Shown: positions 19,015-29,434, numbered from the stretch's first letter. The stretch is DNA of 64,000 nucleotides from Spirochaetia bacterium (GCA_965203905.1 CBDBDQ010000005.1:6464001-6528000), one strand, 5' to 3'. The notes: generated from the letters alone by a model not told the origin. A program made the numbers and translations.

Positions 19015-20799
19015 ATGCCGACCGCGAACCGTACCGCCATCCGCATCGACAGCCCGCTGCCGCCACCGCCGTGGGCGGTCATGCAGCGCGCCCTGCTGCA
19101 GGCCCAGGTGCCGGCGCTGGAGGCGTTCTACGCCAAGTACTTCGACGAGCGCGGCTACCTCCGCTGCGTGCCGCGCTGGGGCGGCGACGACGGCGCCGAC
19201 GATGCCGCCGAGAACTTCACCGGCTGGACCCTGCTGTACGCCCTCGGCGCCGACCGGGTGGTGCTGGAGCGCTACCTGGCGGCCTGGGAGGGACACCTGC
19301 GGCAGTACACCGAGGCCCGTACCGTGGAGGTGGAGTTCGCCCGCGACGGCATGTACTTCAAGGAGTTCCCGGTGATGTTCGACTGGGGACACAACGGCGA
19401 GGGGTTCAACGCCTTCTACCTGCAGGGGCTGTGCACCCCGTACGACCGCACCTTCCAGGCGCGCACGCGGCGCTACGCCGGCTTCTACCTGGACGAGGAC
19501 CCGATCGCCAGGAACTACGACCCGCGGCACCGCGTGATCCGCAGCCTGTTCAACGGCAGCCGCGGGCCGCTGCTGCGCAAGGCCACCGCCCTGGACTGGG
19601 CCGGCGACCCGATCGAGATCGCGGGCCGCTTCAAGCCGGGCCACCAGGAGACCAGCTACGAGCAGATGCTGGCGCACTTCGCCGAGTACACCGACATCGT
19701 GGGCGATCATCCGCTCAACCTGCAGACCACCACCCTGGCGCTCAACGCCTACCTGATCGCGGGCGAGGGCAAGTACCGCGACTGGATCGTGGAGTACGTC
19801 GGCGCCTGGCGCGAGCGCACCGCGGCCAACGGCGGCATCATCCCCACCAACGTGGGCCTGGACGGCACCCTGGGCGGCGCCTGCGACGGCAGGTGGTGGG
19901 GCGGCACCTACGGCTGGGGGTTCACCATCGACGACTACCTCAACCCGGGCAGCGGCGGCCGCATCCACCGCCACATGTTCCTGGAGCGGGCGCCGCAGGG
20001 CTTCGGCAACGCCCTGCTCGCCACCGGCGACCAGGCCTACGTGGACACCTGGCGCGGGGTGATCGAGGGGGTCAACGCCAACGCCCGGGTGGTTGGCGGG
20101 CAGACCCTGTATCCGCACAACTACGGCGAAGAGAAGGGCGCTCCCGGCTGGTACAACTACACCCCCGAGCCGTACACCAACGGCGCGCTGCCGGTGTGGT
20201 TCTGGTCGATGCGGGAGGCGGACAAGGGGCTGATCGCCGGCCACGAGTGGATCCGCTACCTGGACGGCGCCGACCCGGACTACCCGGTGACGGCGCTGCA
20301 GCGGGAGTTCGCCGAGCTGCGGCGGCGGGTGCAGCGGATGCGGGCCGACACCAGCAGCCCCGACACCCGCATGTCGGACGACCCGATGGGCGCCAACCCG
20401 GCGCTGACCACCGCCCTCACCCGCCTGATGCTGGGCGGCTACGAGCCGCTCCACTACGGCTTCCCGCTGCACTGCCGCTTGCGCTACTTCGACCCCGAGC
20501 GCCGGCGCCCCGGCATCCCGCCGGCGGTGGCGGCCCTGGTGGACAGCATGTCGGCAACCGAGGTGGGGGTTACGCTGGTGAACCTGGACCCGGTGCACGC
20601 GCGTTCGCTGGTGGTGCAGGCGGGCGCCTACGGCGAGCATCGCTTCGGCACCGTGGCCGCCGGCACCACGCGGGCGGCCGTGGACCATCCCTGCCTCACC
20701 GTGCACCTGGAGCCGGGCTGCGGAGCGCGCCTGGTGCTGGAGCAGCACCGTTACACGGAGCGGCCCACCTTTACCTTTCCCTGGGATCGGGTGGCGTGA
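19015..20799 (+). CDS. Hypothetical protein, probable alpha/alpha-barrel enzyme
   Basis: Strong codon bias; RWGGDDGADDAAEN and DWGHNGEG motifs; function unassigned. Confidence 0.75.
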   Translation: MPTANRTAIRIDSPLPPPPWAVMQRALLQAQVPALEAFYAKYFDERGYLRCVPRWGGDDGADDAAENFTGWTLLYALGADRVVLERYLAAWEGHLRQYTEARTVEVEFARDGMYFKEFPVMFDWGHNGEGFNAFYLQGLCTPYDRTFQARTRRYAGFYLDEDPIARNYDPRHRVIRSLFNGSRGPLLRKATALDWAGDPIEIAGRFKPGHQETSYEQMLAHFAEYTDIVGDHPLNLQTTTLALNAYLIAGEGKYRDWIVEYVGAWRERTAANGGIIPTNVGLDGTLGGACDGRWWGGTYGWGFTIDDYLNPGSGGRIHRHMFLERAPQGFGNALLATGDQAYVDTWRGVIEGVNANARVVGGQTLYPHNYGEEKGAPGWYNYTPEPYTNGALPVWFWSMREADKGLIAGHEWIRYLDGADPDYPVTALQREFAELRRRVQRMRADTSSPDTRMSDDPMGANPALTTALTRLMLGGYEPLHYGFPLHCRLRYFDPERRRPGIPPAVAALVDSMSATEVGVTLVNLDPVHARSLVVQAGAYGEHRFGTVAAGTTRAAVDHPCLTVHLEPGCGARLVLEQHRYTERPTFTFPWDRVA

Positions 20800-21292
20800 C
20801 CGGCTCGTAATCGGCGCGGTCGCCGATCCACCACTGCCAGGGACCGGTCACCCGCTTGCCGAGCGCCTTCAGGTAGACGTGCGCCTTGGCGTAGAAGATC
20901 AGCAGCGCCTCGCGGTAGATGTGGAACTGCACCGGCACCGGCGGCGCAAACCCGTGACCGCGCTCGACGTTCCTGGCCAAGTCCGCTTCCTCCAGGTCCT
21001 CCAGCACCGCCTCCAACTCGGCGTCCAGTCGCGCATACCAGGTGCGGAGTTTCTCGACGCTGCGGCACACCTCCACCTGGTGGCGGTAGCTGAAGTCGAG
21101 CCGGAAGGTGCGGAACGACTCGATGTAGGCCTGCTGCACCTCGCCGATCTCGCGGCACAGCTCACCCAGCCGCAGGCACCCGGGCGCCGGCCGGTAGTCG
21201 AGGTCGGCATCGCTCAGCACTGCGAGGAGCTGGCGCCGCAACTCCTGGGTCGCGTGCAGCACTTCGCGCTGCTCCTGCACGAACCTTGTCAC
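20771..21292 (-). CDS. DinB-like four-helix protein
   Basis: LSDADLDYRP...LGELCREIG...YLKALG pattern. Confidence 0.7.
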   Translation of the reverse strand: MTRFVQEQREVLHATQELRRQLLAVLSDADLDYRPAPGCLRLGELCREIGEVQQAYIESFRTFRLDFSYRHQVEVCRSVEKLRTWYARLDAELEAVLEDLEEADLARNVERGHGFAPPVPVQFHIYREALLIFYAKAHVYLKALGKRVTGPWQWWIGDRADYEPVTPPDPRER

Positions 21293-21307
21293 GGCTTGCT
21301 GCCTCTA

Positions 21308-22075
21308 CTATCGACCACCGCGTAGGAATCCGTGCGCATCGACGTTCGTGTATTGCGTAAACTGACAAATTGTACCGTCACGGTCGTGCACCCGAAAGTC
21401 TCTTCCACGATAATGTGCAACGTCAAAGTGGAACCCGGGAGGCATCTGAAACGAAAGCTTCTTATCCTGCCATGGCAAGAGCCCACGACTACCGTGAGGC
21501 GTCGTATCTCGCGAAAACACCAGCCGATTTGTGTCGCGCCAAGTGGCACGATGGCGATGTATTTGACGAAACCTGGCAATTGCCGTTTGGACCGCGGACA
21601 GACTATCCTTCCTCCGATGCACATTACGACACCGAGACCACACGTCGACCACGGAGGGTTGCGCCGAGAAAGCGGTTTCAGGGAGCAACAGCGGTGAGTC
21701 GATTCGCGGTCTTATTCTATCGCGCCAGCACTCCTCGTAAGCCAGTGTGTCGTCAACGGCCGTGAAGAACACCGATTGACCGTATTGGCGGGACAGTTGG
21801 CGCGGCAACCACGTCGCCCGGAGGGACCAGGACTTCAACTCGGAGAACCCCGGGCGCTCGTCCTCCCTGTCATGCAGCAATATGAAATGAACACCATCAA
21901 CGGCGGCTTCGTTCGCTACGTTCAATACGTGTGGCCACACGCTTCTCAGATCAGCACGTTTGTGAGCACGACCCGGAATGACCCGTATTTCCCATCCCGG
22001 TCGTGTGGGCTTACGACCTGAGCGTTGGAGCACTCCAAGCGGTATGCCAGCGATTATCGCGAGGGGAGAGCTCAC
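21308..22075 (-). CDS. Hypothetical protein (lower-GC islet, gene 2)
   Basis: 255-aa ORF with GTGA overlap to the upstream gene; SPLLLP, PHG, GFHFDV, NVDAHG motifs. Confidence 0.7.
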   Translation of the reverse strand: MSSPLAIIAGIPLGVLQRSGRKPTRPGWEIRVIPGRAHKRADLRSVWPHVLNVANEAAVDGVHFILLHDREDERPGFSELKSWSLRATWLPRQLSRQYGQSVFFTAVDDTLAYEECWRDRIRPRIDSPLLLPETAFSAQPSVVDVWSRCRNVHRRKDSLSAVQTAIARFRQIHRHRATWRDTNRLVFSRDTTPHGSRGLLPWQDKKLSFQMPPGFHFDVAHYRGRDFRVHDRDGTICQFTQYTNVDAHGFLRGGR

Positions 22076-22908
22076 TCTTTCTGTAAATCGGCGAGCAGCG
22101 CTTCAACTGCCCGAAACGGGATGGGAAGCTCACGAATCTCATCTGCGGTAAGGTAGGGCGTAAGCCTTGCGAGCGTACGATGTGCGGAATTCCTGACATG
22201 AGATCGCCGGAACCACGCATCTCGCGGAGTCACCTTGTTCTTTTTTGCCCACTGGACGATCTTTTCCCTTAAGGTCTCTTCCTGTGCGGAAGACCACTTG
22301 GCAAGTATCCCGCGCGCCGCAATCTCGCGACGGAATTCCGATAGAGGATTTGTCGAACGATTCAACGTATCCAGCAGCGGCTGCTGATCGTCTGGCGGCA
22401 GCGTCCTCACGAATTCCTGGCGATAGAGAATCAGACGTTCAAGGGTAGGCTCTTCGACTTCAATTGATTTTCCTTGCGCCTCGTTTGCAGGAACGAACCT
22501 GTCAGTCCCTGGAAGGTACACGTATGGGATCTGAGAGACGCGCGTAAATGCCTGAAAAACATCGCTACGTAGTCCTCCGTGTCTTGATCTAATTTCGCTG
22601 TGAGTTGTTGTCTCCGGGGGAAAATCGGCCCCGTCCAAACCGACGAGGACGTCACTGCCGATACGGGAACGTACCACAACTCCGTTGACATCTGCAACCA
22701 GTTTGGAGAACGAGGCACCGGATTCGGAGACATATCCGGCCACGTCGAAGCCTGCCGATGTTCCAATTGCGACCATCTGTGCTCGCAATTTCGCTCCGGG
22801 AACCATCACCGAGTCGGCGTGTAGCGCACGTAGCGCGTGCTTGGTGATCTTCTCCCAACCGTCCATCGTGGTCATGAGGTAATCCAATGTGGGCATGATG
22901 GAATACAT
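22072..22908 (-). CDS. Hypothetical protein with possible N-terminal OST-HTH/LOTUS-like segment (islet gene 1)
   Basis: 278-aa ORF (true start may be 22875 or 22866); GAKLRAQM...GFDVAGY...SFSKLV resembles OST-HTH. Confidence 0.65.
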   Translation of the reverse strand: MYSIMPTLDYLMTTMDGWEKITKHALRALHADSVMVPGAKLRAQMVAIGTSAGFDVAGYVSESGASFSKLVADVNGVVVRSRIGSDVLVGLDGADFPPETTTHSEIRSRHGGLRSDVFQAFTRVSQIPYVYLPGTDRFVPANEAQGKSIEVEEPTLERLILYRQEFVRTLPPDDQQPLLDTLNRSTNPLSEFRREIAARGILAKWSSAQEETLREKIVQWAKKNKVTPRDAWFRRSHVRNSAHRTLARLTPYLTADEIRELPIPFRAVEALLADLQKE

Positions 22909-23217
22909 CAGCCCACATTGTCGAAAAACAATCCTCCTTGCCTACGAAACTGCTGGGACTGAGATGGAACCGCTCGTGCTTAGGCACGGCAAGGATGCCT
23001 AACGAGGGGGCCGTCCGGACAGTTCAAGATTCCCCCGCACGAAATAGCCGATTGAAGGGGAATCAGGGCTACCATACCCTTCTTCGCCCAGGTAGTAAAG
23101 TCGGCCTGCCTCCCTCCCACCACCTCCCACCACCCCACCACCCATCCCACGCTCAGCGTGCGACCGCCAAGATGTGCTGGACCGGGCAATGCCGAACGGC
23201 TCGGCACTGCAGCGACA

Positions 23218-26200
23218 TTAGGTGGGAGGGCGGGCCTCGCTCGGGCTGGTGGCGGTCGCGGACACGGCGGATGCAGGGACCGCGAGCCGGGAGGCTGCCG
23301 CCGCCGGGACTCCGCTTTCGGGAGCCGCCAGCGGCGTGGGGGGCTCATTCGCGGCGCGCGCCGCAGCCGGCGTGAAGATGCGGCGCACCCAGGAGTCCAG
23401 GTCGTCGAACAGCGAGTACATCACCGGCACCACCAGCAATGTCAGGAAGGTGGCGAAGCTCAGGCCGCAGATCACCGCTATCGCCATCGGGCTCCACCAG
23501 GCCGCCTGCTCGCCGCCCCAGTACAGCTCGGGATCGAGTTGCGTGTAGAGGCCCTGAAAGTCGAAGTTGAGGCCGATCGCCAGCGGCACCAGGCCCAGGA
23601 TCGTAGTGATGGCGGTCAGGATCACCGGCCGGAAGCGGGTCATGCCGGCGCGCACGATCGCCTCGTCGCGCGCCCGCCCGTCACGCCGCCGCAGCAGATC
23701 GATGTAGTCGATCAGCACGATGGCGTTGTTGACCACCACCCCGGCCAGGCTGATCACCCCCACCCCGGTCATCACCACCACGAACGGCATGCCGAACACG
23801 GTGAGCCCGAGCAGCACCCCGACCGTGGACAGCACCACCGAGCTGATGATGATGAGCGGCTTGGTCACCGAGTCGAACTGCGAGATCAGGATGAAGGCGA
23901 TCAGGAAGGCGGCGAGGAGGAAGGCCACGAACAGGAAGTCCTGCGACTCCTGCTGCTCCTGCTGCTGGCCGGTGAAGCGCAGCACGTAGCCGCCGGGGAG
24001 CTCGGCCGCGAACGGCGCCAGCAGCTCCTTCACCTCCGCCACCACGGCGTTGTCGTTGTACTCTGCGCGCACGTCCGAGGAGATCGTCACCACCCGGTCC
24101 AGGTCCTTGCGCGTGACGTCGCCCAGGCCGCGGCTGATGTGCCAGCTCGCCACCGATGAAAGCGGAATCTGGGCGCCGCTCTTGGGCACCACCACCAGGT
24201 CTCCGAGGGAGTCGAGGTCCTCGCGGTAGGCGGCCGCCAGGCGCACCCGGATGTCGTACTCCTCCTGGCCGTCGCGGAAGGTGGAGGCTACCCTGCCGTT
24301 GATGGCGCTGCGGATGGTGTCGCCCACGTCGGCGGTGCTCAGCTCGTGCAGCGCCGCACGCACGCGGTCCACCTCCACCACCAGCTCCGGGCGCCCCGCG
24401 GCCATGTCGCTCTTGAGACCGTCCAGCTTGGCGAACAGCGGCGATTCCTCCAGCAGGCGCACCACGCGGTCGCCCAGCCGTTTCAGCTCGGCCGGGTCGC
24501 TGCCGACGATCTCGATGTTCACCGGCAGCCCGGTGGGAGGTCCCATCTCCGGCTCCTCCACCGCCACCACGGCACCCGCGACGTCGGTGCCGGCGTCGGC
24601 GCGGATCGCCTGGATGGTGGCGAACACGTCGCCGGCGCGATCCTCGTAGTCGACGAAGCTCACCGTAACCGATCCCAGGTGACCGCCGCCGCCGCCCACG
24701 GTAGCGACCACCGACTCCACGTCGGCCAGCCCCGCGACGGAAGCGAGCTGCGCCTCCACCCCGCGCACCAGCCGGTCGGTCTGCTCTACCCGGGTACCCA
24801 GGGGCGCCTCCACGTTGATCTGCACCTGGCTCGGCGGGATGTTCTCGGGAAAGAACTCGGTGCCGGTATCGGCGGCGACGAACAGCGCCACCGCGCCGAC
24901 CAGCGTCAGCAGCGCCAAACCCATCATCACCGCCCGCCGGCGTAGCGCCCCGCGCAGCACTGCCTCGTAGCGGCGTACGATCCACAGCAGGCCGTGGTAC
25001 ATCAGCCAGCGGCCGCCCGGCTTGCCCACCAGCTGGTAGAACGCGACCACCAGCACTCCGGTGGCCGCCAGCAGCGCCGCCGTGCGCCAGCTCACCAGGT
25101 AGGCGGCGGCGAGGGCACCGGCCGCCGCCAGCAGGAACAGGACGCGCACCGCGGTCGGCAGCCCGCGGCGGGCTCCGCCCTCGGTCTCCAGCAGCCGCGA
25201 TGCCAGCGTCGGCAGGATCACCAGCGCCACGAACAGCGACGAGCTCAGCGTGATGATCAGGGTCAGCGGCAGGTACTTCATGAACTCCCCGACCAGTCCC
25301 GGCCAGAACGCCAGCGGCAGGAACGCCGCCAGGGTGGTGGCCGTGGAGGCGATGATCGGGGTGGAGACCTCGCCGGTGGCGAAGCGGGCCGCTTCCACGC
25401 CGTCGTAGCCGCGCTCGCGGTAGCGGTAGATGTTCTCCACCACCACGATGGCGTTGTCCACCAGCATGCCCAGGGCCAGGATCAGGCTGAACAGCACCAC
25501 CATGTTCAGGGTGAAGCCCACGAGCTGCATGATCACGAAGGAGATCAGCATGGAGAGCGGGATCGCCAGCCCCACGAACGGCGCGGTGCGCAGGCCGAGG
25601 AAGAACAGCAGGACCGCCACCACCAGCAGCAGGCCGGAGATGATGTTGTTCTCCAGGCTGCTCACCATGCCACGAATGTCCTCCGACTGGTCGGAGGTGA
25701 GCTTGATCACGGTTCCCGGCGGCAGCGACGGCCGCGCGTCGGCGATCACTTCCCGCACCGCTTCCGCGGTTTCGACGATGTTCGCGCCACTGCGCTTGAC
25801 CACCGCCAGGGAGATGACCGGAATGCCGTCCAGCCGCGCGAAGCTGTCGCGCTCCTTGAAGCCGAAGTCCACCTGCGCCACGTCGCGCACGTAGACCGGG
25901 CGGCCGTCGCGGGTCTCGATGACGATGTCGGCGATCGCGGTAGTCGCCTCGAACTCGCCCGGCACCCGCACCAGGTACTTGAGGTCCCCCACGTCGATGG
26001 AGCCGCCGGGCACCGTCACGTTCTCGAACCGCACGGAGTCGCTGACGTCCTCGAACGTGAGGTCGTAGAACTTCAGCTTCGCCAGGTCGACGTCCACGAA
26101 CACCTCGCGCTCCAGTCCGCCCGACAGCGGCACCTCCAGCACGCTCGGAATCTGCTCCATGCGCGCCTGCAGTTCCTCGGCCACTTCCCGCAGCCGCACC

Positions 26201-26718
26201 GGGTTGTAGGGCCCGGCGATGTTGACCTGCATGATGGGAAACTGCGAGGTATTGATCTCGATGATCTGCGGATCGTTGGCGGAGGAGGGCAGCTCCACCT
26301 TGGCCAGATCCACCTTTTCCCGTACCCGCTGCAGCGCCTCGGTCATGTCCATGCCGGCTTCGAACTCGACGTTGATGCTGGAGAACCCTTCGCGCGAGGT
26401 GGAGGAGATGGTCTTCACGTCGGCGATGGTGTTCAGCTCGTCTTCCAGGGGCCTGGTGACCAGCGTCTCGATGTCGCCGGGCGCCACCCCGCCGTATACC
26501 GTGTTGACGATGATGTTGGGGATCACGATCTCCGGCATCGACTCGCGCGGCACCCGCAGGTAGGACGCGAAGCCACTGACGATCAGGATCAGGGTGAGCA
26601 CCACCACGCTGGTGGGATGGCGGATGGCGAAGGAGCTGGGCGCGAACTCCTTGAGCCGGCCGCCGGTGCCCGGTTCGGCCCCGGAGCCGGCCTGCGCAAT
26701 GTCCGTGACCCTTGCCAC
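23218..26718 (-). CDS. RND efflux permease (AcrB/AcrD/AcrF family)
   Basis: LILALGMLVDNAIVVVENIYR, GVVVNNAIVLID, RFRPVILTAITT. Confidence 0.95.
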   Translation of the reverse strand: MARVTDIAQAGSGAEPGTGGRLKEFAPSSFAIRHPTSVVVLTLILIVSGFASYLRVPRESMPEIVIPNIIVNTVYGGVAPGDIETLVTRPLEDELNTIADVKTISSTSREGFSSINVEFEAGMDMTEALQRVREKVDLAKVELPSSANDPQIIEINTSQFPIMQVNIAGPYNPVRLREVAEELQARMEQIPSVLEVPLSGGLEREVFVDVDLAKLKFYDLTFEDVSDSVRFENVTVPGGSIDVGDLKYLVRVPGEFEATTAIADIVIETRDGRPVYVRDVAQVDFGFKERDSFARLDGIPVISLAVVKRSGANIVETAEAVREVIADARPSLPPGTVIKLTSDQSEDIRGMVSSLENNIISGLLLVVAVLLFFLGLRTAPFVGLAIPLSMLISFVIMQLVGFTLNMVVLFSLILALGMLVDNAIVVVENIYRYRERGYDGVEAARFATGEVSTPIIASTATTLAAFLPLAFWPGLVGEFMKYLPLTLIITLSSSLFVALVILPTLASRLLETEGGARRGLPTAVRVLFLLAAAGALAAAYLVSWRTAALLAATGVLVVAFYQLVGKPGGRWLMYHGLLWIVRRYEAVLRGALRRRAVMMGLALLTLVGAVALFVAADTGTEFFPENIPPSQVQINVEAPLGTRVEQTDRLVRGVEAQLASVAGLADVESVVATVGGGGGHLGSVTVSFVDYEDRAGDVFATIQAIRADAGTDVAGAVVAVEEPEMGPPTGLPVNIEIVGSDPAELKRLGDRVVRLLEESPLFAKLDGLKSDMAAGRPELVVEVDRVRAALHELSTADVGDTIRSAINGRVASTFRDGQEEYDIRVRLAAAYREDLDSLGDLVVVPKSGAQIPLSSVASWHISRGLGDVTRKDLDRVVTISSDVRAEYNDNAVVAEVKELLAPFAAELPGGYVLRFTGQQQEQQESQDFLFVAFLLAAFLIAFILISQFDSVTKPLIIISSVVLSTVGVLLGLTVFGMPFVVVMTGVGVISLAGVVVNNAIVLIDYIDLLRRRDGRARDEAIVRAGMTRFRPVILTAITTILGLVPLAIGLNFDFQGLYTQLDPELYWGGEQAAWWSPMAIAVICGLSFATFLTLLVVPVMYSLFDDLDSWVRRIFTPAAARAANEPPTPLAAPESGVPAAAASRLAVPASAVSATATSPSEARPPT

Positions 26719-26720
26719 GC

Positions 26721-27848
26721 TCAGCGCTCCATCAGCCGGATCATGCTGCCGTCGTCCACCTGGCGGTGGCCGGCGGTGATCAACCGTTCGCCGGCGCTCA
26801 GTCCGGCGGTGATCACGACCTGGTTGGCATACGAGGCGCCGAGCTCGACGCTGCGGGCGCGCGCGGTCACGGAGTCCCCGCTACGCTCGGCAACGAACAC
26901 CTGGAAACCTTCCTCGGTACGCTGCACCAGGTCCTGCGGCACCACGATCACCTGCTCCTGGCGCATGCGCTCCACCTGTACGTTGGCCACCATCCGCGGG
27001 CGGATCAGCCGCTCGGAGTTGTCGAGGATGACTTCGATGGGGATGGTACGGCTGCGCGGGTCGACGCTGGTGCCGACGAACTCGATGACACCGCTGAACT
27101 CGCGTCCCTCCAGCACGTCGAAGGTGATGAGCGCCACCGCTCCCGGCTCGATCGCCAGCGCGTAACGCTCCGGTATGCCCGCCACCACCCTGACCCGGTC
27201 GATGGCCAGGACCCGCAGCAGCCGCGTTCCCGGGGCCACCAGCTCGCCCACCTCGACGTACTGCTCATCGAAGACACCGGCAATCGGCGCGGTCACCACC
27301 GTACGGTCCAGCCGCGTCTCCAGCACCTTGAGGCGGGCGGCACTGGAGGTGGCCTGCGACTTGACCTCCAGCAGGGCGATCTCGGTGCCGATACGCTGAT
27401 CCCACAACCGGCGCTGGCGATCGAAGCGCTCCGCCGAAACCTCGGCGATCGCTCGCGCCTCCTCCACCTGGGCGTCCAGCAACTCGGCGCTGATGCGGGT
27501 CACCGGCTGGCCGCGTGCCACCCGTTCGCCCTTGCCGGCCAGAAACGAGGCGATGGTTCCCGACTCCTCCGCCGACACGGTGACGTCGTGCAGCGCCTCG
27601 ACCTCGCCCACCACGCGGATGTACTGCACGAAGGTGGACGGCACCAGCCGAGCCGCCTCGGCGTTCACCACCCGCGCGCCGAGCGCAAGGGAGGTACGTG
27701 CGGGGGCCGGGGCCGCCGCGGCTTCCTCGCCGCCGGCCTCGTTCGCGGCCTGCCGCTCGCCGCCGGGAAACTGGCTGCACTCGGCCGCCGTGAGGACCAC
27801 CAGCAGCACCGCGCCGAGCGCCGGGTGGAGATAGCGCTTCGCTCGCAT
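26721..27848 (-). CDS. RND periplasmic adaptor (MFP)
   Basis: Lipoyl/hairpin pattern, APIAGV, VGELVAPG, GLSAGERLITAG; lies between the TolC and RND genes. Confidence 0.92.
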   Translation of the reverse strand: MRAKRYLHPALGAVLLVVLTAAECSQFPGGERQAANEAGGEEAAAAPAPARTSLALGARVVNAEAARLVPSTFVQYIRVVGEVEALHDVTVSAEESGTIASFLAGKGERVARGQPVTRISAELLDAQVEEARAIAEVSAERFDRQRRLWDQRIGTEIALLEVKSQATSSAARLKVLETRLDRTVVTAPIAGVFDEQYVEVGELVAPGTRLLRVLAIDRVRVVAGIPERYALAIEPGAVALITFDVLEGREFSGVIEFVGTSVDPRSRTIPIEVILDNSERLIRPRMVANVQVERMRQEQVIVVPQDLVQRTEEGFQVFVAERSGDSVTARARSVELGASYANQVVITAGLSAGERLITAGHRQVDDGSMIRLMER

Positions 27849-27852
27849 CGCC

Positions 27853-29367
27853 TCAGCGCGCGGCGTCGGCCAGCGGTACCCGGCCGATCGCCAGCTCGAG
27901 CCCGGAAGCCGCGGACAGATAGTCGCGAACCGCCTCGGCGTAGCTGACCTGCGCCTCCAGCAGGGTGGATTCGGCGGCGGAAATCTCCGGCTGGCCGCCC
28001 ACGCCGGCACGGTAGCGGGCAGCCGCTATGTCGTAGCTCGCGGTCGCCTGCGCGATGGCGCGCAGCCGGCTGGCGGCGCGGGCGGCGGCGGCCTGCAGGG
28101 AGCCGACGAGGGTATGCACCTGGTTCAACATCTCGCGCTCGGCGTGGCGCAGACGCGCAGCGGTCTGGCGCAGCTCCTCGCGCCGCTGCGCGACCCGGGC
28201 GTCTCGGGCGAAGCCGCTGAACAGCTGCCACTGTATGGACAGCCCGGCCGAGGTGGAGACACGCCACTGGGTATACTCGGGCGGGCCGAACGACGAACCT
28301 CCGGGCCTGCCGAATTCATCGTCCTCGTCTTCGTCCGCCATGCTGAAGTCCACGCTGCCGAACGCGCGGATGGTGGGCAGGTACTCCGCCTCCTGGGCGC
28401 TGACCTGCACCTCGCCGAGCCCGTGGAGGGCGCGCAGTTGCCGCAGGTCGGAGCGGTTGATCATGGCGATCTGCTGCAGCTGCTCGGCGCCGGCGCCGGC
28501 CAGTGCGTCGGCGCCGGAAACCGCCAGCAGATCCTCGTTGGCGGGAATGTTGGCGGCACCCGGGTCAAGCCTGAGCTCATTCAGCGTACCCTGCAGTTCC
28601 GGTGCCAGCAGCGGATCGGTGCCCATGGCCACCAGCAACGCCCCGCGCGCCGCGGCGACCCGGCTCCCGGCCCACAACTGCTGTGCCTGCAGACCGGCGA
28701 GCTGCACTTCCAGGCGCAGCAACTCGTCATCGCTGGCGAATCCCTCGCGGTGTCGCGCCTCGGTCTCGCGCCGGGTCTGCTCCAGTCGCGCGATGCTGCG
28801 TTCGATCAGGCGTACCTGCTCCTGCGCCAGCAGGGCATCGAAGTAGCGTTGCCGCACCCGGTCGACCACCTGCTGCGCGGCGCCGCGCAGCTCCTCGCCG
28901 CGCAACCCGCGCAGCCCTTCAGCGGCATCCAGGCCGCTGAACACGCGAAAGTCGAGCGCCGTCTGGTTGAGCCTGAGGGAACCGGACCAGGCGTTGTCGA
29001 CACCCTGCGGCTCGCGCTGGCTGGCCACCCCGTCGCTCACGACCTGCTCCAGACCGGCAAGGGTTCGCACGTAGGAGGCTTCGACCGAGACCCGGGGGTA
29101 CACCCCGCTGTACGCCTCCCGAATCTGGTGCCCTGCAATGTTCAAGGCGGACCGCGCCGCCTGCAGCTGGGCGCTGTTGGCCAACGCGATCTCCACCGCC
29201 GAGCGCAACGGCAGGGCACCGGAACCAGGCAACTCCTGGGCGCAGACAGGCAGGGCGGCGAACCCGAGAAGCACGGCTGCGGCAATTGAAGAGAGAGAAG
29301 TTGACAAGCTCGATCCTGGCCTGCGGGCCGCATCATGTGCACCGCGACACCGGCTCGCGGCAGGCAT
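27853..29367 (-). CDS. TolC-family outer membrane efflux protein
   Basis: AVEIALANS, RYRAGVG, LELAIG OEP pattern. Confidence 0.9.
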   Translation of the reverse strand: MPAASRCRGAHDAARRPGSSLSTSLSSIAAAVLLGFAALPVCAQELPGSGALPLRSAVEIALANSAQLQAARSALNIAGHQIREAYSGVYPRVSVEASYVRTLAGLEQVVSDGVASQREPQGVDNAWSGSLRLNQTALDFRVFSGLDAAEGLRGLRGEELRGAAQQVVDRVRQRYFDALLAQEQVRLIERSIARLEQTRRETEARHREGFASDDELLRLEVQLAGLQAQQLWAGSRVAAARGALLVAMGTDPLLAPELQGTLNELRLDPGAANIPANEDLLAVSGADALAGAGAEQLQQIAMINRSDLRQLRALHGLGEVQVSAQEAEYLPTIRAFGSVDFSMADEDEDDEFGRPGGSSFGPPEYTQWRVSTSAGLSIQWQLFSGFARDARVAQRREELRQTAARLRHAEREMLNQVHTLVGSLQAAAARAASRLRAIAQATASYDIAAARYRAGVGGQPEISAAESTLLEAQVSYAEAVRDYLSAASGLELAIGRVPLADAAR

Positions 29368-29434
29368 CGGCAACGTACCGCCGGGCAGGCTCGAAGTCAA
29401 ACCGGCCGTGTCCGCGTGCCGGGCGGCAGCGCCG

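Noticed and set aside
22979-23004. attC-like GCCTAAC / GTTAGGC upstream of the two-gene islet
   Set aside because: No matching second box or attC stem, no site at the other end, and no integrase in the window.
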